Assembly (NCBI GenBank): GCA_964623775.1
Contig: CAZUVH010000002.1
Location: forward strand, 176,454 to 235,310
Reading direction: 5' to 3'
Source of the DNA: an uncultured Candidatus Saccharibacteria bacterium
GTDB taxonomy: Bacteria; Patescibacteriota; Minisyncoccia; Phycocordibacterales; UBA2100
DNA length: 58,857 bases
The position numbers were made by a program, and so were the translations under genes. Each line of letters opens with the position of its first letter. The first letter of the stretch is position 1. Under the pieces are notes generated by a model that did not search any database, was not told the DNA's origin, and saw nothing but the letters and a program-made list of their open reading frames with translations. Of this stretch, positions 42,064-50,401 are shown in pieces.

Positions 42064-42705
42064 CTAGTGCGGGCTCACGTAGCTTTGGGTAAATCGCTCG
42101 TCCCGAGAAATGAGCCGGCCGTCGGTATCGACCCGGTATATGAGCACATTTCCAAACGGCATCTCCACATCCTTAATGCCGTCATCGGAGATACTTTCAA
42201 TGTATTTCATGAGTGAACGGATCGTATTGCCGTGCGAGACCACGAGTACATTTTTGCCACTCCTCAGCATCGGAAGAATGGTCTCGAGATAAAACGGCAC
42301 GGCGCGCTCATAGACCATTTTCAGGGTCTCGCCATGCGGTATCGGGTACGTGAATTCACGATGCATGCGATTGAATTCCGCCTCGCCCATAAGCTCCTTC
42401 ATGGCGAGCTTGTTCTTGCCCGTATAATCTCCGTAATCGCGCTCGTTGATCGCAGCATCTCGCAGCACAGGCACATCCTCTTGCCCCATAGCGCGGAGCA
42501 TTTCTTCGAGCGTCTCTTTTGAGCGGCATTGCATCGAGCAGACAGCCTGCTGAATCTTAAATTCGCGTACCTGCAGACCCATCTCGTACGACATCTTTTT
42601 GCCAAAAGGCGTCAGGTGGACGTCGCGGCTTCCGGTCCATGTACCGCTTTTGTTCCAGAGCGATTCGTGATGACGAGCGATAAATAGTGTGCCAGGGGCG
42701 GGCAT
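42064..42705 (-). CDS. gpmA: 2,3-bisphosphoglycerate-dependent phosphoglycerate mutase / histidine phosphatase family
   Basis: Start set at the ATG at 42705. FIARHHESLWNKSGTWTG (RHGE-type motif) and VVSHGNTIRSL. Confidence 0.8.
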   Translation of the reverse strand: MPAPGTLFIARHHESLWNKSGTWTGSRDVHLTPFGKKMSYEMGLQVREFKIQQAVCSMQCRSKETLEEMLRAMGQEDVPVLRDAAINERDYGDYTGKNKLAMKELMGEAEFNRMHREFTYPIPHGETLKMVYERAVPFYLETILPMLRSGKNVLVVSHGNTIRSLMKYIESISDDGIKDVEMPFGNVLIYRVDTDGRLISRDERFTQSYVSPH

Positions 42706-42724
42706 AGATGTATTGCATGCTACC

Positions 42725-44395
42725 ATGATTATGAATTCACCCTCGACCCATATGACAAATAAGCCACTCGATGTCGCATATTTTTCGATGGAATTCGCCC
42801 TCGACGACCGATTTCATAATTTTGCGGGTGGTCTTGGCGTGCTCGCCGCAGACACGATGTACTCATTTGCCGACCTCGGCATCAAAGCTGTGGGAGTAAC
42901 GATGTGGTACCACCAGAGCGAAGAAGCGGGCAAGACACTCGATCCGAGTCCGTATATGAAAAAGCGAGATGAGACCGTCGAGGTGCAGATCGAAAACAGA
43001 ATAGTGAAGCTCGCGATTTGGGAGTACGAAGCAAAGGGCCACAGCGGAAATTCAGTCCCCGTACTTTTTTTGAGTGCAAACCTGCCTGAGAACAAGCACT
43101 GGGATCGCGATCTTACAAAATTCCTCTATGCATCAGATCGCTATACGCGCCTCGGTCAGGAAGCGATACTCGGCATCGGCGGATATCGCGCACTGAAAGC
43201 TTGCGGCTACGGCCCAATCGCCTACTACCACATGAATGAAGGCCATACCGCACTCCTGGGCCTCGAGCGATTGCGCGCCAATGGGTACAACTACGACATC
43301 GTCCGTTCCAAATCCACCTTCACGACGCATACACCGATTCCCGCAGGCCACGATTACTTCGACTACGATCTCGCACGCGCCTCTGTCGGCTACATTCTCC
43401 CTTCCAATATTCAAGAGCTCGCGACACACGACAGCCTCGGCATGACGCAGCTCGCGATGAATCTGAGCGTCCGCACAAATGCAGTCTCGCGCACGCACAA
43501 ACACGTGACCGAGCAGATGTTCCCCGGGCGAGCGATTGAATACGTGACCAACGGCGTCTACCACCCTCGCTGGGTCGGTGACCGGCTGCGCGAGCTTTTT
43601 GACACACGCCTCTCAGGCTGGCAGCAAGACCCTTCGCGGCTTGAAAAAGTATTTGATATTCCGGATGAGGCGCTTGCATCGGCAATGCGCGAGCAAAAAC
43701 GATCGCTCGTCGATTGGATCAACGAACAGCCGCGCTGCTTCCATAAAGACCAGGCGGTGCAGGATGATAAATTTGATACGGATACGCTCACGATCGGCTT
43801 TGCGCGTCGCTTTGTGCCGTACAAGCGCCCGAGTCTTATTTTCAAAAATATCGATCGCCTGCGATCGATCGGTTTCCGTAAACTTCAATTTGTTTTTGCG
43901 GGCAAGTGCCACCGGAATGACGCCTACTGCAATCAGCTCCACGACACTATCGCGCACTATGATTGCGAACTCCGCGGACAGATCCGTGTCATAGTCCTCC
44001 CCGACTACAATCTTGAGATCGCCAAGCGACTCATGACAGGCGTCGATGTCTGGCTCAACAACCCGGTGCCCCCGCGCGAGGCGAGCGGGACGAGCGGCAT
44101 GAAAGCGGCGCTCAACGGCGCACTTAATCTTTCGATACTCGACGGCTGGTGGGTCGAGGGTTATGAAATGCGGCCAAAAGCCGGCTGGGGCATCGTCGGC
44201 AATTCCGGCGAAGGCGAAGAGAGCGACGCACACGACAACGCTGCGCTTCTCGATGCTCTTGAGGAGATGCTCCGCATCTACCACGACAATCCACCTGAGT
44301 GGCGCGATCGCGTAAAAAATTCAATTGCACTTGCAGGTTACTTCAATACACACCGCATGATTCGCGAATATCAGGAGCGCGTCTGGAAGAAATAA
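42725..44395 (+). CDS. alpha-glucan phosphorylase (GT35, short archaeal/bacterial type)
   Basis: The start is ambiguous (42725, 42731 or 42752). AGGLGVLAADT and the PLP-lysine motif EASGTSGMKAALNGALNLSILDGWW. Confidence 0.85.
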   Translation: MIMNSPSTHMTNKPLDVAYFSMEFALDDRFHNFAGGLGVLAADTMYSFADLGIKAVGVTMWYHQSEEAGKTLDPSPYMKKRDETVEVQIENRIVKLAIWEYEAKGHSGNSVPVLFLSANLPENKHWDRDLTKFLYASDRYTRLGQEAILGIGGYRALKACGYGPIAYYHMNEGHTALLGLERLRANGYNYDIVRSKSTFTTHTPIPAGHDYFDYDLARASVGYILPSNIQELATHDSLGMTQLAMNLSVRTNAVSRTHKHVTEQMFPGRAIEYVTNGVYHPRWVGDRLRELFDTRLSGWQQDPSRLEKVFDIPDEALASAMREQKRSLVDWINEQPRCFHKDQAVQDDKFDTDTLTIGFARRFVPYKRPSLIFKNIDRLRSIGFRKLQFVFAGKCHRNDAYCNQLHDTIAHYDCELRGQIRVIVLPDYNLEIAKRLMTGVDVWLNNPVPPREASGTSGMKAALNGALNLSILDGWWVEGYEMRPKAGWGIVGNSGEGEESDAHDNAALLDALEEMLRIYHDNPPEWRDRVKNSIALAGYFNTHRMIREYQERVWKK

Positions 44396-44397
44396 AT

Positions 44398-44429
44398 TAT
44401 GAAAACAGGCCGCACTATCGGCGGCCTGT
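44398..44429 (-). terminator. intrinsic terminator after the 44433 gene
   Basis: ACAGGCCGC-7 nt-GCGGCCTGT. The minus strand is followed by TTTTCAT. Confidence 0.7.
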
Positions 44430-44432
44430 AGA

Positions 44433-45038
44433 TCAGATATCGACGCGGCCCTTTAGCCGCGGGACGATATGACACTTCTCTCCTATCAGTCCCTGAAGCT
44501 TTTTCAGCTCATACGCACTGATGCGGATTGCGACGGTAGTACCTGTCGGGAACGTGTCGACAATATCAACATCCACGACGGTCGGCAAAAAATCCTCGAG
44601 TCGCGGACTATCTTGCCTGAGATTTCCGAGACTGGATCCGCGTTTCAGCGAGACGATTCGCTCAAGCATCTTTTCCTCTGCTTCCTGATCTTCGTATCCC
44701 TGGACAACGTAGAACGTGCGTGAAAGCGCGTTGGCAAGACCGTTGGTGAACGAATCCCGTACCGCGCTGCGCACGATGACTGAATCTTCTCCATGGAGAT
44801 CGACGCGCATCCAGCGCCGCACATCACCCTTCCTCGTGATCCATCCGTCTTCCACATTGAGATATGCGGGACGTCCGGGCAGTATGATTATCCAATAGTT
44901 ACCGACGCGTTTGCATGAGCCAATGCCGCCTAGAAAACCCTGGATGTACGACTCGATCCTTTCTGGACTAGGCCTCTTGGCTTTCATCCATCGAATCCTG
45001 TTGGCAACAAGCCAGCCCGTTTCCGATTCTTCGGTCAC
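44433..45038 (-). CDS. hypothetical protein
   Basis: 201 aa. GTG start with GGAGG 5 nt upstream. No family recognised. Confidence 0.55.
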   Translation of the reverse strand: MTEESETGWLVANRIRWMKAKRPSPERIESYIQGFLGGIGSCKRVGNYWIIILPGRPAYLNVEDGWITRKGDVRRWMRVDLHGEDSVIVRSAVRDSFTNGLANALSRTFYVVQGYEDQEAEEKMLERIVSLKRGSSLGNLRQDSPRLEDFLPTVVDVDIVDTFPTGTTVAIRISAYELKKLQGLIGEKCHIVPRLKGRVDI

Positions 45039-45096
45039 CTTTTCCTCCTAAAATTATCTGTAGCAAAGATACCATATTCAGACTTCCACGCCGCCT

Positions 45097-45705
45097 TTAG
45101 AGCGGTACGCTCGTTTTGATCTTGAAATTGCCGCGGAAGAATGGATGCTCCGCATCTCCCTCTCCGAGCTCCCCGACCATGATTTCGTATCCGCCGTCTT
45201 CGTGCGCAAAGACGCCGATCTCATTACCCCCGCCGGCAAACCAGCACTGTACGGCGGAGAGCTCCCCTGCGAGCAACCCCTTGCCATCGATCCCTCCCGA
45301 TGCCCCGATCTCGCTGCAACTGCCGGTAAATGTGCCTACGTCGTGCACCTTGCCATTTACCACTGCTTTCACACTGGTATGCGGCATCCCATCGCTTCCT
45401 TCCGTACTCTCCATGCGCCATGTGGTCGTGATCTTGGTGGCAGCACCTTTTGCCTGATATATGTCCTGCTCTTTAACGACCGTATCACCCACAACGTAAT
45501 CCTTGGATGGATTATATTCCTTCAATCCGATCATATCGCGATCATCCTGAAGATTCGCCGTCGAGTCGATCAAATTACTGAATTGCTGTTCGGTCGGCTT
45601 ATCGCCCGTCTGGAAATACTGCTTCAGCACACTGCGCGGCACGAGCGCATACGTCGCACCTGCGATGATCACAATCACTCCGATACCGATAAATATGTTT
45701 TTCAT
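45097..45705 (-). CDS. hypothetical N-terminally anchored protein
   Basis: 202 aa. TM anchor IGIGVIVIIAGATYAL, then the motif GDKPTEQQFSNLIDS. Confidence 0.6.
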   Translation of the reverse strand: MKNIFIGIGVIVIIAGATYALVPRSVLKQYFQTGDKPTEQQFSNLIDSTANLQDDRDMIGLKEYNPSKDYVVGDTVVKEQDIYQAKGAATKITTTWRMESTEGSDGMPHTSVKAVVNGKVHDVGTFTGSCSEIGASGGIDGKGLLAGELSAVQCWFAGGGNEIGVFAHEDGGYEIMVGELGEGDAEHPFFRGNFKIKTSVPL

Positions 45706-45711
45706 ACCGAC

Positions 45712-45717
45712 ATTATA
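45712..45717 (-). promoter_or_regulatory. consensus -10 TATAAT 6 nt before the ATG at 45705; leaderless design
   Basis: Minus strand reads TATAAT, gtcggt, ATG. Confidence 0.45.
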
Positions 45718-45761
45718 GCCTTTTACTTTTAGGGTAACAAAAAAGGCGGCACTGTGGCCGC

Positions 45762-46076
45762 CTAAATCCTGTGTCTGATATACACCTGGTCACTGACCAA
45801 GAAGTACAGCACGGCCTTTTGGTCGTAGTAATGTTCGAGCGTGAATTCGATGATTTCCGTGATCTTCTTCTCGTCACACATAACGAGAACGGGGACCATC
45901 CCCTCTTCAAATATCTCGCCCTCGGGAGATTCCCAGATGCCCCTTACCGACTTGAGAATCGTGAGACCGCCCGAAATCATTCGCACCTGTTCGTCCCATT
46001 GGCGATGATAATCCAAGGGAATTTCCTCCCCATCGTTCCATTTTCGTGGGACGAGGATTTGCCACAGTTTACTCAC
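45762..46076 (-). CDS. hypothetical 104-aa protein
   Basis: Start moved to the GTG at 46076, with GGAGG 5 nt upstream. 8-nt overlap with the preceding gene. The upstream part of the track ORF is Arg/Ser-rich shadow sequence. Confidence 0.5.
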   Translation of the reverse strand: MSKLWQILVPRKWNDGEEIPLDYHRQWDEQVRMISGGLTILKSVRGIWESPEGEIFEEGMVPVLVMCDEKKITEIIEFTLEHYYDQKAVLYFLVSDQVYIRHRI

Positions 46077-46365
46077 GCGGACCTCCGCCGAGGATATTGC
46101 GAACAGCTTGGATGGTGACGGCTTGATCCGCATAAAACTGATCCGGACCCTCCCCGTAGCCGATATCCATTTCGGTGCCTTTCTCCCACTGCGAGACGCC
46201 AAATCCTTGGTTGGGCCTCCATTCGACGCACACGATTTTCTCCCCGTGGATGATGTCGAGAAACCACGTGCCGCCGTTCTCGACATGTAACGGCGTATCG
46301 ATCTCGATCTTGATACCCGGAAATTCGGCATGGATTGCTGCCTTGATCTGCTCAATTGCATTCAT
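46069..46365 (-). CDS. hypothetical 98-aa protein
   Basis: Start moved to the ATG at 46365 (MNAIEQIK..), with GGAG upstream. Confidence 0.5.
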   Translation of the reverse strand: MNAIEQIKAAIHAEFPGIKIEIDTPLHVENGGTWFLDIIHGEKIVCVEWRPNQGFGVSQWEKGTEMDIGYGEGPDQFYADQAVTIQAVRNILGGGPRE

Positions 46366-46477
46366 CTGATGCTCCACATCTTTGTCCGGAAATAATCTAC
46401 AACAAATTACAAAAATGTCGAGCCAGTAAAATAAAAATTTAAACTGCACTCTCGACGAGGGCGTTCTTATATTCAAA

Positions 46478-46912
46478 CTAAAGACGTTTTCGTCCGGGAT
46501 TATCTTTATCCGAAAAGGCATCGGCAATTACATTGAACAGCTCGGTGCCAGTCTTAGCATGGACTCTGAGATTGCGAACGAACGCTTCCGCTTCTGTTGG
46601 CCACCCTTCACTCTGCAGCAATTCGCGGTGGGATTCAAGGTGCTGACTGAGTGAGTGCTCGTCATACACATAGAGCGCGCCGCTCCACACTGCTGACTCT
46701 TCCCGATTAAGACGAAGTGTTTTCAATCCTCTTGCATTCATCTCTTTGGCAAATGCCTCCGGGTCCACGTGGCATATGTCAATTAGAGTTTCAATCGGCA
46801 AGTAACCCAACGGTTTATGAGATCCAACCAGGCGCAAGTCGTCGAGCAGCGCTTCTTTGTCTTTTTCAACGCCTTCCTTCTTCCCCTCTAAATTATTCCT
46901 GGATTTTTCCAT
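46478..46912 (-). CDS. hypothetical 144-aa protein
   Basis: Start moved to the ATG at 46912 (MEKSRNN..). No family recognised. Confidence 0.45.
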   Translation of the reverse strand: MEKSRNNLEGKKEGVEKDKEALLDDLRLVGSHKPLGYLPIETLIDICHVDPEAFAKEMNARGLKTLRLNREESAVWSGALYVYDEHSLSQHLESHRELLQSEGWPTEAEAFVRNLRVHAKTGTELFNVIADAFSDKDNPGRKRL

Positions 46913-46953
46913 ACAGTTTCGAGACTCGCCGACAAGTACAAAATTGGAAACGC

Positions 46954-47349
46954 CTATGTAGACATTTGAGCGACCCAGGTAAGGACGTCCGGGCCACACA
47001 AGTAAAGTGCTGAGAGGCGACCGTCGCTATATTCGCCACCGATATACAGAGCGAGGGGATTATTTTCTTTCACCGCCGCGTGCCCACTACCATACACAAA
47101 TAATCTTTCGTGCCATTCGATTTTTGCAGCTTCTTCGGAATTGATCTTTATTAACTGCTGATTTTCTCTGTGCACCTTGTACCAGCCCGTCTCTGTGGGC
47201 ACGTCACCCCATCCCACCCAACACCAATCATGCCTGGCATTCTCAATAAACTCCCTATCCATTACAACATCTATAACGCTCGCAATTCCACCACCAGTAT
47301 CAACTATTTTGTCGTACGTAACTTTATTTTCTGATCGTTTCAGATTCAT
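46954..47349 (-). CDS. hypothetical 131-aa protein
   Basis: ATG start. Trp-rich segment HDWCWVGWGDVPTETGWYKV. No family recognised. Confidence 0.5.
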   Translation of the reverse strand: MNLKRSENKVTYDKIVDTGGGIASVIDVVMDREFIENARHDWCWVGWGDVPTETGWYKVHRENQQLIKINSEEAAKIEWHERLFVYGSGHAAVKENNPLALYIGGEYSDGRLSALYLCGPDVLTWVAQMST

Positions 47350-47355
47350 GCATTT

Positions 47356-47361
47356 AGTATA
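47356..47361 (-). promoter_or_regulatory. -10 hexamer TATACT 6 nt before the ATG at 47349; leaderless design
   Basis: Minus strand reads TATACT, aaatgc, ATG. Confidence 0.45.
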
Positions 47362-47441
47362 GCTTTCTTCCTCGTCTGAGACGATATGTGAACCACTGCG
47401 TTAGAAGAAAACCCCCAGAAAGGTCTGGGGGCTTAGATCAT

Positions 47442-47996
47442 TTAGTCAACGAGGCGCAGTGCCGGAAAAAACACAGGCTCGCGATAGTACGCGAGGGCAA
47501 GCTTCTTTTCCATTGCGGGCCCCGCGGTCTCGGCAAACTGCTCGGATGCCGATTTCTCCTTGGGATCGATAAAGTAGAACATCACCGCAAGAGATAGCCC
47601 GCCAAGAAAGAACTCTCCGGCATCTTTGAGACCGAAGTACTGGTACATAAGCCATGTGCCAGCTCCGATAAGCAGGAAATACGGGGACAGCCGACGACCA
47701 CTCAATGTCGGCCACGGTTCGATCTTGATGATCTTCATACGTCCCTGCAGGTAACTGCCGCGCGCATAAGAACCATCGATCAGGAAGCCGATGAGCCGGA
47801 ACAAGACGAGGAGCATGAGAATCATCACTGCGGCAAACGTACGGATGAAAGCCATAAAGATGAGCAGGAGCCCGAACAGCCCCAGTGAAATGCGGGCGCT
47901 TCTCGGCTCAGGAAGTCCGTCAACGAACCATCCTTTGTCACGACCAAATACGAAACCGTACAGTTTCGATGAGCGAGAGAGGCTAAGCTGCTTCAT
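47442..47996 (-). CDS. hypothetical multi-TM membrane protein
   Basis: 184 aa with about four hydrophobic helices. Confidence 0.55.
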   Translation of the reverse strand: MKQLSLSRSSKLYGFVFGRDKGWFVDGLPEPRSARISLGLFGLLLIFMAFIRTFAAVMILMLLVLFRLIGFLIDGSYARGSYLQGRMKIIKIEPWPTLSGRRLSPYFLLIGAGTWLMYQYFGLKDAGEFFLGGLSLAVMFYFIDPKEKSASEQFAETAGPAMEKKLALAYYREPVFFPALRLVD

Positions 47997-48161
47997 TCCG
48001 TACTCCTTTTTGACACACTGATGGCGGGAGCTATCTGCCGAGGAACATACAATAATTTTCCCAGAAATACCAGTGGAGCGTACACGACCGTTATCGAATC
48101 GAGATCAGCTTGACGCTTCAGTAATTACAACGTAATACGGTATTAGAAAGAGAGGTGCAAC

Positions 48162-48380
48162 ATGCCCAATATGTTCGGTGGATCACAGTATCATCCTGCC
48201 TACGACCCCCGCTGGAAGGCCACCGAAGACGAGGACTGTCTTGATGGCGTCCTGTACACGGTGAGAAAGTATCACGACCAGTGGTGCGTCGTCGCCGAAG
48301 ACGTCACTGGACGCACGTGGATCGTCGACCCCCCTACCGAAAAGCTGCGCAAGCGGCTGGCGCAGATGCAGGCGGCATGA
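48162..48380 (+). CDS. hypothetical 72-aa protein
   Basis: AGAGAGG SD before the ATG. A TTGACG, 17 nt, TAATAC promoter lies upstream. A strong terminator follows. Confidence 0.5.
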   Translation: MPNMFGGSQYHPAYDPRWKATEDEDCLDGVLYTVRKYHDQWCVVAEDVTGRTWIVDPPTEKLRKRLAQMQAA

Positions 48381-48385
48381 GCTAC

Positions 48386-48427
48386 AAACGCGATTGGGAG
48401 CAAATTCTCAATCGCGTTTTATTTTTT
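48386..48427 (+). terminator. intrinsic terminator
   Basis: AAACGCGATTG-12 nt-CAATCGCGTTT followed by TATTTTTT. Confidence 0.8.
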
Positions 48428-48462
48428 GCTGAGGGACAGGGACTCGAACCAAGATACTCGCC
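48427..48462 (-). pseudogene. decayed copy of the 3' half of tRNA-Gln (anticodon-stem 3' strand to acceptor end)
   Basis: Minus strand GGCGAGTATCTTGGTTCGAGTCCCTGTCCCTCAGCA versus tRNA GGCGTTTATCGGGGTTCGAGTCCCTGTCCCCCAGCCA. There is an 18-nt exact core, and no foldable 5' half. Confidence 0.65.
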
Positions 48463-48480
48463 TTCCGAGCAGTATTATTT

Positions 48481-48804
48481 CTACGCTTTTTTATTCAATA
48501 AAGTATTCAAATAATCTACAAATGCCTGCTGTTCTTCTGTGCTCCCCTTCCAAAATTCGATCAGAATCCAACCTCCTGAATCACCCTGTAAAAAGGCACC
48601 TACTTTTGTACGCATCTGATAGTCGGGGTCGCCCATCATATTAGACGACAGGACTCTTTTAATTATTGTGCGTGTTTCAGAAGATGCGTCTTTGATCTCG
48701 ACAGCAGGGAGGCCTTCCGGAGATTTACTTAACAACAAATGCACCTCAGTAGTTTTTTGTACTTTTTCAACTTTTGAATTTAATTTTTCCGGACCGTTTT
48801 TCAC
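48481..48804 (-). CDS. hypothetical 107-aa protein between the tRNA and its partial copy
   Basis: GTG start with a weak SD. Partly A+T-rich. The stop abuts the tRNA fragment. Confidence 0.4.
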   Translation of the reverse strand: MKNGPEKLNSKVEKVQKTTEVHLLLSKSPEGLPAVEIKDASSETRTIIKRVLSSNMMGDPDYQMRTKVGAFLQGDSGGWILIEFWKGSTEEQQAFVDYLNTLLNKKA

Positions 48805-48866
48805 GTCTCTATTCTACTACAAGCGGGTGAAATGGTGCGTCTCGGGCACAATGACCTATCTCAAAT

Positions 48867-48940
48867 TGGCTGGGGGACAGGGACTCGAACCCCGATAAAC
48901 GCCTCCAAAGGGCGCTGTCCTACCATTAGACGATCCCCCA
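48867..48940 (-). tRNA. tRNA-Gln (anticodon UUG), CCA encoded
   Basis: 74 nt folds as a cloverleaf. Acceptor UGGGGGA/UCCCCCA with U1-A72 and G73. D stem GUCU/GGAC. Anticodon loop CUUUGGA. T arm CGGGG-UUCGAGU-CCCUG. Confidence 0.9.
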
Positions 48941-48980
48941 AATTGCGAACAAGTAGATAGTAACAAACGTTGAGGCGTTA

Positions 48981-49014
48981 TAGAAATAGAAAGACCGGCA
49001 CGGTGTGCCGGTCT
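48981..49014 (-). terminator. intrinsic terminator after the 49020 gene
   Basis: AGACCGGCAC-GGT-GTGCCGGTCT. The minus strand is followed by TTCTATTTCTAT. Confidence 0.75.
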
Positions 49015-49019
49015 CGGAT

Positions 49020-49520
49020 TTACGGCAAGAGTTCCTTTCGGATTTCCGCCCATGAATTCACTCGTAGTACCTGGTTGAGGTGCTCGGCAAATGGCTGCAC
49101 CTCTGCCCAATCGGGGCGGAAAAGGAAGCGATTCTGCACCATCGTGAGATGACTTAGCACTTCGAGCCGGTCGTCGATAAAATGCGTGATACCGAGCTCT
49201 TTGCATATCGCGGCCTTCTCACTCCGCTGTCGGCAGAAGCGCACATTATCCGACGGGATGTCTGTGAATTCGAAAAACCATCTGTCCTCAAGCCACTTAC
49301 GGATGCCCTGCTCAGCTTCCTTATCGCACTTCGAGACGAGATACACACGGTCGCCGAAACGGCCATGCACCAACGCCCACAGCGTCCCCATAGCTTCCGG
49401 AATCGCCGTCGCATTGCGATAGTCTCCTGCGAAAAAGGAGCTTGTGGCCACGTCGCTCGCCCCTCGCTCAAAGATGACCCCGCCCATATCGACACCCAGC
49501 GCTTCTCTCTTCACTTTCAC
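49020..49520 (-). CDS. HAD-superfamily-like protein with a degenerate motif I
   Basis: 166 aa. LGVDMGGVIF stands where HAD enzymes have DxDxT/V. A later FIDDRLEV is motif-IV-like. The call is tentative. Confidence 0.45.
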   Translation of the reverse strand: MKVKREALGVDMGGVIFERGASDVATSSFFAGDYRNATAIPEAMGTLWALVHGRFGDRVYLVSKCDKEAEQGIRKWLEDRWFFEFTDIPSDNVRFCRQRSEKAAICKELGITHFIDDRLEVLSHLTMVQNRFLFRPDWAEVQPFAEHLNQVLRVNSWAEIRKELLP

Positions 49521-49637
49521 GTGGACTCTCCTTGTTGCAAGTGAAATTCGCTAGGCTGTTTCTAACACAAAATACGTGAGGTGTATAGACTTTTTGCAAA
49601 TCTCATGTAACCTCCAGGGCAGAAAAAGGAGTTTCCG

Positions 49638-49907
49638 ATGCGGCCAGTTCTAATCATCGAACGATACGAACTTGCGGTGGCACTGCGGAACAAGCAGAGT
49701 CACGCGATGACCAAAGCGATTTACGACACATTGAAGAGGTATGGAGCCGAGATCGAGCCGTTCGCACCAAAAGCTTATGGCGACCCTCTGATCAAGTGGT
49801 TTCGCATAAAGGTCGCGGATGGTAATCGCAGTGCACTGCTCGCTGCGCTCAATCTGCTCCCAGGTGTTGATGATGCTCGTCTGGAGCCTGATCAGCCTGC
49901 TCATTAG
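49638..49907 (+). CDS. 89-aa hypothetical protein, paralog of 50402-50656
   Basis: AAGGAG SD. An ungapped alignment with the 84-aa paralog gives about 40% identity (VLxI..LAxALR..H..AIxDTL..GAxIxP..ALL..L..LPGV). Confidence 0.6.
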   Translation: MRPVLIIERYELAVALRNKQSHAMTKAIYDTLKRYGAEIEPFAPKAYGDPLIKWFRIKVADGNRSALLAALNLLPGVDDARLEPDQPAH

Positions 49908-49910
49908 TCA

Positions 49911-49940
49911 CGAAAGGCCCGCATCGCGCGGGCCTTTTTA
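49911..49940. terminator. bidirectional intrinsic terminator
   Basis: AAAGGCCCGC-ATCGC-GCGGGCCTTT followed by TT. Confidence 0.8.
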
Positions 49941-49942
49941 TG

Positions 49943-50332
49943 TCACCAATAAATCCAGAGACCGTAGGCGCGTAGCAATGGGCCAATGAAATATGATGCG
50001 ATGTTGCACACGATCGATGCGGCGAGTGCATACTTCCAATTGAGTTTGAGGACACGATTGTAGATGAGCGCCTCGACGAGCACCGCAAAAGGCTCGCTCC
50101 ACATGAGCGAGGTGGCGCGCGGCCAATAGGTGATAAACGGAAAGACAAACCACACGTACGGGATGGTCGCGAACGAGCCGAGGACTCCCGCAAATACAAT
50201 ATCCTTTAGTTGTTCCCTCTTTTTGAATACGTAGACAAGGAGCAGGAGGAGGACGATGGTCTCGATCGTCGTCGTGAAAACCAGCGACGAAATGAATCGG
50301 TGGACGTAGTCGATGGTGTTGGCGGGGTTCAT
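49943..50332 (-). CDS. 129-aa four-TM membrane protein, hypothetical
   Basis: Hydrophobic helices with conserved-looking charged residues (TTIETIV.., WSEPFAVLVEALIYNR). No family recognised. Confidence 0.6.
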   Translation of the reverse strand: MNPANTIDYVHRFISSLVFTTTIETIVLLLLLVYVFKKREQLKDIVFAGVLGSFATIPYVWFVFPFITYWPRATSLMWSEPFAVLVEALIYNRVLKLNWKYALAASIVCNIASYFIGPLLRAYGLWIYW

Positions 50333-50401
50333 ACAGCAATACTACCAAATCGCATAAACAGCTATATACTTTGTCCTAGGAAACGTCACAAGGAGTAAAA
50401 A

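Noticed and set aside
48426-48898. Plus-strand ORFs 48426-48644 and 48668-48898 (72 and 76 aa), and 48281-48514.
   Set aside because: They read through the tRNA-Gln gene or its partial copy; the shared GQGLEPR peptide is just the translated T-arm. They lack starts with an SD. They are artefacts of the tRNA repeat.
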